The notes below the pieces were generated by a model. The model ran no database searches and was not told the DNA's origin. It saw only the letters and a list, made by a program, of their open reading frames with translations. DNA of 42,290 nucleotides from a virus (Duplodnaviria > Caudoviricetes): positions 1 to 42,290 of IMG/VR virus record IMGVR_UViG_3300027545_000003; one strand, written 5' to 3'. The translations under genes were made by a program, and so were the position numbers. Below, piece after piece: positions 37,567-42,290 of the stretch. Position 1 is the first letter of the stretch; each line of letters opens with the position of its first letter.

Positions 37567-38660
37567 GCACTGCACTTGCAGGAAATTCAACAGTGGCCGT
37601 AGAGCACGCCGAGGCATCGCTTCTAGACCGAATAGCGGAGGAAACTCAGAGATCGGCGGCGCGGTACATGCCAACGCTCAGCGTCAAACAGTTCAGCGAG
37701 CGCGAGCAAATGCTGCGCGAGCTAAAGGCTTTACTGGTAGAGGGGATCGACTACGGCCCAATACCGGGCACGAGCGATAAGCCCGTTCTATTGAAGCCCG
37801 GAGCGGAAAAGCTCTGCGCGTTCTTTGGCTATGCCCCGCACTATACCAGCGAAATCATAGAGGACTGGGACGGAAAGAATTACGGAGAGGCGCTGTTCTA
37901 CTACAAGTACACATGCACGCTCTCAAAGGACGGAAAGCCGGTTGGTGAAGGTCAAGGCTCCTGCAATTCCTGGGAGTCCAAATATCGGTATCGCAATGCC
38001 GGGCGCACTTGCCCAACTTGCGGAATCGCGGCAATCATCAAGGGCAAGGATCAGTACGGAGGCGGCTGGATATGCTTCGCCAAGAAGGGCGGCTGCGGTG
38101 CCAAGTACAAGGACGGAGATAAGGCAATCGAGGGCCAGGAGGTTGGACGAGTTCCGAACCCGGACTTCGCGGATCTCATCAACACAGTGCAAAAGATGGG
38201 CCAGAAGCGAGCCATGGTGGCCGCCGTACTGAGTGCCACTGGAGCCAGTCAATACTTCACTCAGGATCTTGAGGACGCGCCACAGCCGGAACCAAAGCCA
38301 AAGGCGGCTCCGAAGGCAACGGCCACCACAAATCGCCCCGTCCCTGAGGAGCTCGAGCTTGTCATCGGCGGAATCCGGCGCGGCGACTACTCGATGCTGA
38401 AAGGCGTCACGGAGACGCTCAAGGCTGACTGTGAAGCTGCCGGCGTCGGCAAGCGCTTTGAGGACATGTCGAGCGGCCTGCGGGCATCGTTCCCCAAGGG
38501 CAATCCGATCCCGGCTCTGACGATGGAATCCTTTCTGCTTGATATTTGGGATGCGATCACTGAGGCCAAGGCCGCGAAAGCTACCGCGCCTGCTGAGGAT
38601 GACAGGGCCGGGTGGCTGCCTGAAGGGCTGTTCGGCGAGGAGAAGGAAGTCGCGAAGTGA
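37563..38660 (+). CDS. Putative ssDNA-annealing recombination protein with zinc-ribbon insert
   Basis: DYGPIPG..KPVLLKPGAEKL and NTVQKMGQKRAMVAAV...FTQDLED; near Gp157. Confidence 0.65.
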   Translation: MSTALAGNSTVAVEHAEASLLDRIAEETQRSAARYMPTLSVKQFSEREQMLRELKALLVEGIDYGPIPGTSDKPVLLKPGAEKLCAFFGYAPHYTSEIIEDWDGKNYGEALFYYKYTCTLSKDGKPVGEGQGSCNSWESKYRYRNAGRTCPTCGIAAIIKGKDQYGGGWICFAKKGGCGAKYKDGDKAIEGQEVGRVPNPDFADLINTVQKMGQKRAMVAAVLSATGASQYFTQDLEDAPQPEPKPKAAPKATATTNRPVPEELELVIGGIRRGDYSMLKGVTETLKADCEAAGVGKRFEDMSSGLRASFPKGNPIPALTMESFLLDIWDAITEAKAAKATAPAEDDRAGWLPEGLFGEEKEVAK

Positions 38661-39277
38661 AGATTAAGGAAATATACGCGTTGCCGCTGAACGAGCATGG
38701 CTGGCGAGTGTTGCCAACCGGCAACTGGGTGATGCTCGGCAACGGGGTGAAGCTCGGCGACGAAGTGACGCTCGGCGACTGGGTGAAGCTCGGAGACGGG
38801 GTGAAGCTCGGCAACGAAGTGACGCTCGGCGACGGGGTGACGCTCGGCAACGGGGTGACGCTCGGCAACTGGGTGAAGCTCGGCGACTGGGTGAAGCTCG
38901 GCAACGGGGTGAAGCTCGGAGACGGGGTGAAGCTCGGCAACGAAGTGACGCTCGGCGACGGGGTGATGCTCGGCAACGGGGTGACGCTCGGCAACGGGGT
39001 GACGCTCGGCAACTGGGTGAAGCTCGGCGACGAAGGCCTGGAATATAAATGGTCTCCGCTTCAGATCCAGGGCTCCAGACATCTGTTGTACGTGGTAGGG
39101 CCAACTATGATCGGGGTGGGTTGTCTTCGCCATCCAGCGGAATGGTGGCGTGAAAATGGGGCGGCGGTCGGCCAAAGAGAAGGATATACGTCAGATCAAG
39201 TCGCAGAGTATCTGCGATGGCTGGATGTTGCCTATGCCTGGCAGGCGACCATGCAGCCCGTGGAGGCCGCGAAATGA
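38657..39277 (+). CDS. Left-handed beta-helix hexapeptide-repeat protein
   Basis: 17 G[ND][GWE]V[KTM]L repeats; C-terminal VGCLRH..WW domain. Confidence 0.85.
   Translation: MKIKEIYALPLNEHGWRVLPTGNWVMLGNGVKLGDEVTLGDWVKLGDGVKLGNEVTLGDGVTLGNGVTLGNWVKLGDWVKLGNGVKLGDGVKLGNEVTLGDGVMLGNGVTLGNGVTLGNWVKLGDEGLEYKWSPLQIQGSRHLLYVVGPTMIGVGCLRHPAEWWRENGAAVGQREGYTSDQVAEYLRWLDVAYAWQATMQPVEAAK
38720..39034. repeat. 18-bp tandem repeat, ~17.5 copies
   Basis: GGC(A/G)AC(GGG/TGG/GAA)GTGA(A/C/T)GCTC units. Confidence 0.95.
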
Positions 39278-39891
39278 CGCCCACCAAGCGCGAGTCCATC
39301 TTCGAGATGACGGCCGAGATTTTGCGTCTCGGCCAAGAGCGCGAGATTGCCGAGGAGGAGGGCGACAGTGTCGAAGTCGAGCGCATCGACCAAGCGCTCA
39401 AGGCGTACCTACACGAGAACCTGCCGGCAAAGGTGGACGGCATTCGCGGGTATGTCCAATCGCAGATTAACGCCGCAGAGGTTCACGCTGCCGAGGCCGA
39501 GTATCACCAGTGGATGGCCAAGCGGGCCAAGGGCAACATCGAGCGCGTGAAGGCGATGTGCCTGGAAGTGATGCAGCACTTCCAGGTGAAGCTGTACCAG
39601 GGGCGACTGCACAAGATCACGCGATGCGGGAACGGCGGACTCAAGCCGCTGGTGATCCGGCAGCCAGAGTTAGTGCCGGACGCGTTCGTAGAATTGACAG
39701 TTAAGATGCCCCCTGCCTCGGTTGAGGAGTTAATGCGTTTGACGAAAAACGGAACCTTTAACGGCCTGTGGAATTGCCGAACAACGGAGCGTGCAATTTG
39801 CACCGAGGCCGTCCGCGCTACCCTGGAACGCGGCGAAGGCGTCCCGGGCTGCGAACTGCAAGAGCGCGGCGAGCACGTGAGGTTTACTTAA
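39274..39891 (+). CDS. Siphovirus Gp157 family protein
   Basis: KVDGIRGY, VPDAF, LERGEGVPGCELQERGEHVRF. Confidence 0.85.
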   Translation: MTPTKRESIFEMTAEILRLGQEREIAEEEGDSVEVERIDQALKAYLHENLPAKVDGIRGYVQSQINAAEVHAAEAEYHQWMAKRAKGNIERVKAMCLEVMQHFQVKLYQGRLHKITRCGNGGLKPLVIRQPELVPDAFVELTVKMPPASVEELMRLTKNGTFNGLWNCRTTERAICTEAVRATLERGEGVPGCELQERGEHVRFT

Positions 39892-40194
39892 ATGGCGGAC
39901 AGTAACAAGGCGCGTGACATCAACCACGCGACCCGGCTAGAGATCGCCCGCGAGCACGGGCCTTTTGTGGGTAGCTGGAGCTTTACCCGGCGCGTCAGTC
40001 TCGGGGGAGGTGGCCGCCGGGGTTTCCTCCAGCTACGCACAAAATGAGCCATTTCAAACATACTGACCGCTTCGCTTCCTCGATCATTCCAACCGAGGAC
40101 ATGCACCGCATTTGTAAGGCGATCAAAGCGCCGCGCACGGGTTTGCAGAAATTCGAGGAAATTGTAGTTAAATTCATGGAAAAGGTGATAAATC

Positions 40195-40722
40195 ATGACA
40201 ACCGAGGAAGTGAACCTCAGACACAGCCTGACCGACAAAGAGATGGCGGCGCTCGCCAAACAGCAAGCTGAGGGGCTTCAACAGAAGCGGCTCGCCGAGT
40301 CTGAATTTGAGAGCATCCGCACTGTCTACAAAGCGCGGATAACTGAAGCTGAGGCGCTCGTGCAGGGTATTTCGGCGCGAGTGCAGGCTGGCTTTGAAAT
40401 GAAGAATGTCAGGTGTATGATCGCAAACGAGCGCCCAGAAGGATATCGGCTGGTGATCCGCATGGACACAGGCCATATAGCGATCCGTCGTAAGCTTGAA
40501 CAGTCCGAGCGTCAGATAAAGTTCACCGAAGTCAACGATCCGTACGTGGCAGTCGCCTATCTTCCTATCGACGATCCGACGTGGAATGACGCGGACTTTT
40601 TCCAGTGCCCAGTACGGCAGGATGAGTTTGACGCGCTTCGCGTGCTGCCTGAAATCAAGATGGCCGACCTGAAGCCCGTCAAGGCTGAACTGGAAGCGCC
40701 GAAGGGTAGCAAGAAGAAGTGA
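40195..40722 (+). CDS. Hypothetical protein
   Basis: LTDKEM coiled coil...RMDTGH..RKLEQSERQ pattern of phage early proteins. Confidence 0.7.
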   Translation: MTTEEVNLRHSLTDKEMAALAKQQAEGLQQKRLAESEFESIRTVYKARITEAEALVQGISARVQAGFEMKNVRCMIANERPEGYRLVIRMDTGHIAIRRKLEQSERQIKFTEVNDPYVAVAYLPIDDPTWNDADFFQCPVRQDEFDALRVLPEIKMADLKPVKAELEAPKGSKKK

Positions 40723-41042
40723 GACGCGCTGCGCACATCGACGCCAATCAGCCGGAGATCGTCAACGCTGCGGTGACAGCCGGCGCAACAGTCTTGAGCT
40801 TGTCCGCGCTCGGCTGCGGCGTGCCTGACCTGCTCGTCGGCTTCCAGGGCTTCAATATGCTCTGGGAGGTCAAGAATCCAGAGCGAGACACACCGAGCCA
40901 GCGCAACGCGGACAAGGAATCGCTCAAGGCCCAGGCGGATTGGCACGCCTGGTGGCGCGGTCCGCGGCCTACCGTGGTCACCAGCGTTGACCAGGCACTC
41001 TCGATTCTCGCGAACATCGTGCTTGCTGAGCCGGAGGCGTAG
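40719..41042 (+). CDS. VRR-NUC/PD-(D/E)xK nuclease (putative Holliday junction resolvase)
   Basis: DANQPEIV, GVPDLLVG, WEVKNP, Q..W..WW. Confidence 0.85.
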   Translation: MRRAAHIDANQPEIVNAAVTAGATVLSLSALGCGVPDLLVGFQGFNMLWEVKNPERDTPSQRNADKESLKAQADWHAWWRGPRPTVVTSVDQALSILANIVLAEPEA

Positions 41043-41047
41043 CGTGT

Positions 41048-41296
41048 ATGTCCGAGTCCAGCTGGCGCGATATCGCCGCCCCAATCATTCGCCAGGTGCT
41101 CGCTCTCGGCCTGGAAACCAAGGCGCAACGCAAGGCCCTTCACGCGGCCTACCCCTTCGGCGAGCGCAAATATCACCCATACAAGATTTGGCTAGACGAG
41201 ATCTCGCGACAGACTGGGCGAAAGCCCAAGTTGGGTAGTTTTGCGCGAATTGCGGACGATCCAGACCCACGGCAGGAGTCGCTTTTCAAACCGTGA
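41048..41296 (+). CDS. Hypothetical protein
   Basis: AYPFGERKYHPYKIWLDE motif. Confidence 0.7.
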   Translation: MSESSWRDIAAPIIRQVLALGLETKAQRKALHAAYPFGERKYHPYKIWLDEISRQTGRKPKLGSFARIADDPDPRQESLFKP

Positions 41297-41493
41297 TGCT
41301 CTGCTGGCACCGTCTCCGAATGCGTGGCAAGCACCACACGTGCGCCCATTGCGGCGTTCTGATCGAAGAATACCCATGCGTCATCTGGCGCGTGTCTGAC
41401 CCGCACTGTCCGTGATGTAGCGGCTCGGGCTGGGTTTCTGTAGTGCGCGGCCACGTCGAAAAGTTTTTGGAATACCTCGCGCTGCAAGATTGA
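41296..41493 (+). pseudogene. Small zinc-finger gene with an in-frame TGA at 41413-41415
   Basis: Reads CAHC...HCP*CSGSGW...; the stop falls inside a CxxCxGxG motif. Confidence 0.55.
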
Positions 41494-41499
41494 TCCCAC

Positions 41500-41528
41500 T
41501 TGCCTTCGTGGGCCGCGTGGCATAGAAT
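41500..41528 (+). promoter_or_regulatory. Sigma70-type promoter for the replication gene
   Basis: TTGCCT-17-TAGAAT. Confidence 0.6.
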
Positions 41529-41631
41529 TGAGCATCCCCACAAGGACGCGGCCGGCCAGCCGCTAATTTTACCGCGGCGCAAGGAGCTTTTCTCCAAGGG
41601 CTCCCTGCCCGCGGTGTGACTTGGAGAACCA

Positions 41632-42290
41632 TTGAGACACTCATACCCGTGGTACGTCGCGGATTGGCGGCTTTCTGACGCCAGGATGCGGCTGAATTGC
41701 GAGGAGCGCGGCATCTACCGTGAGCTCTTGGACCACCTCTACTACACCGGATTTCTTCCAAACGATCCCAAAACCCTCATAAAAATCGCATCAACAACGG
41801 AAAAGGAGTGGAAGCGTAGCCATAAGGCTGTGCTATCGTGTTTTATAGAGAAGGATGGAGGACTCGTTAACCAAAAAGCTTCGGAAGTTATTACAAGGCT
41901 AGACGGTTATAGTAACGAGAGGGCGGAAGCAGGCAAGAAGGGAGCCATGGCTCGCTGGAATGGCTCAGCTAAGGAAAGTGGTATAGCTAAGCCATCCGCG
42001 GAAAATGCCCATCCTCAACCTCAACCTCAACCAGCAGCCATAACCCCGGCCACGGACATCCCTCGGGCTTCGCCCTCGGGAGTGGAGATTTATAATCGTC
42101 CGGCGGCTGAACCGAGCCCGCCGAAGCCGAACGGGGTTGATACCGTGGTTCAAGACGCTTTTGTAAAAAAAAGCGCTCCGAAACCAGAACGTAAAAACCG
42201 GACTGCGGATATGGCGGCAACTGAGCGGCTAGCGAACATTCTCGGGGAAGGTGGTGGCCTGGGGATTGTCGAGCCGCAGTACATCGACGT
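41632..42290 (+). CDS. DUF1376/YdaU-family replication initiator-like protein (5' part; continues at 148-289)
   Basis: TTG start after GGAG; YPWYVADW, EERGIYRELLD, LPND, AGKKGAMARW; absent from the ORF track because it runs off the end. Confidence 0.85.
   Translation, partial: MRHSYPWYVADWRLSDARMRLNCEERGIYRELLDHLYYTGFLPNDPKTLIKIASTTEKEWKRSHKAVLSCFIEKDGGLVNQKASEVITRLDGYSNERAEAGKKGAMARWNGSAKESGIAKPSAENAHPQPQPQPAAITPATDIPRASPSGVEIYNRPAAEPSPPKPNGVDTVVQDAFVKKSAPKPERKNRTADMAATERLANILGEGGGLGIVEPQYID
42145..42290. repeat. Terminal direct repeat, copy 2
   Basis: Matches 1-147 with A8 instead of A9. Confidence 0.95.

Noticed and set aside
38720-39034. Possible CRISPR array
   Set aside because: Contiguous 18-bp coding repeats with no unique spacers and no cas genes.
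41417-41565. Large multi-stem ncRNA suggested by TAGCGGCT/AGCCGCTA pairing
   Set aside because: The region is better explained by the interrupted zinc-finger ORF and the TTGCCT-17-TAGAAT promoter that it spans.
42012-42033. CCTCAA x3 as replication iterons
   Set aside because: Short and explained by a PQPQPQP linker; an origin inside this gene is plausible but not demonstrable here.

Overview
The window is an apparently complete, circularly permuted ~42.1 kb tailed dsDNA phage genome (siphovirus-like, GC roughly 60% by eye). Positions 1-147 repeat at 42145-42290, differing by one A in a homopolymer. Gene order: TerS; TerL interrupted by a 303-aa intein; four glycosyltransferase-like genes plus an FkbM methyltransferase; portal; SixA-like histidine phosphatase; C5 DNA methyltransferase; protease/scaffold, cement and major capsid; head-tail connectors; major tail; frameshifting tail chaperone; tape measure; tail-tip, beta-helix and LamG-like proteins; a degraded lysis region; then early genes (RHH regulator, SSAP-like, LbH repeat protein, Gp157, VRR-NUC, DUF1376/YdaU replication protein spanning the contig ends). 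I recognised no integrase, tRNA or CRISPR array. The main candidates for novelty are: (1) a terminase intein whose HNH homing endonuclease is encoded in an overlapping, different reading frame inside the intein; (2) a putative HDV-like ribozyme followed by a competing antisense strand; (3) a probable virion glycosylation/methylation module; (4) a SixA phosphatase that may be packaged in the capsid; (5) a DUF6948-like plus Gly-Tyr-Ser repeat gene pair; (6) an internally deleted Tlde1/DUF2778-like lysis gene; and (7) genome-wide leaderless transcription. A diderm host using leaderless mRNAs (e.g. Acidobacteriota) is inferred, not shown. All family assignments are from motif recognition by eye; no searches were run.
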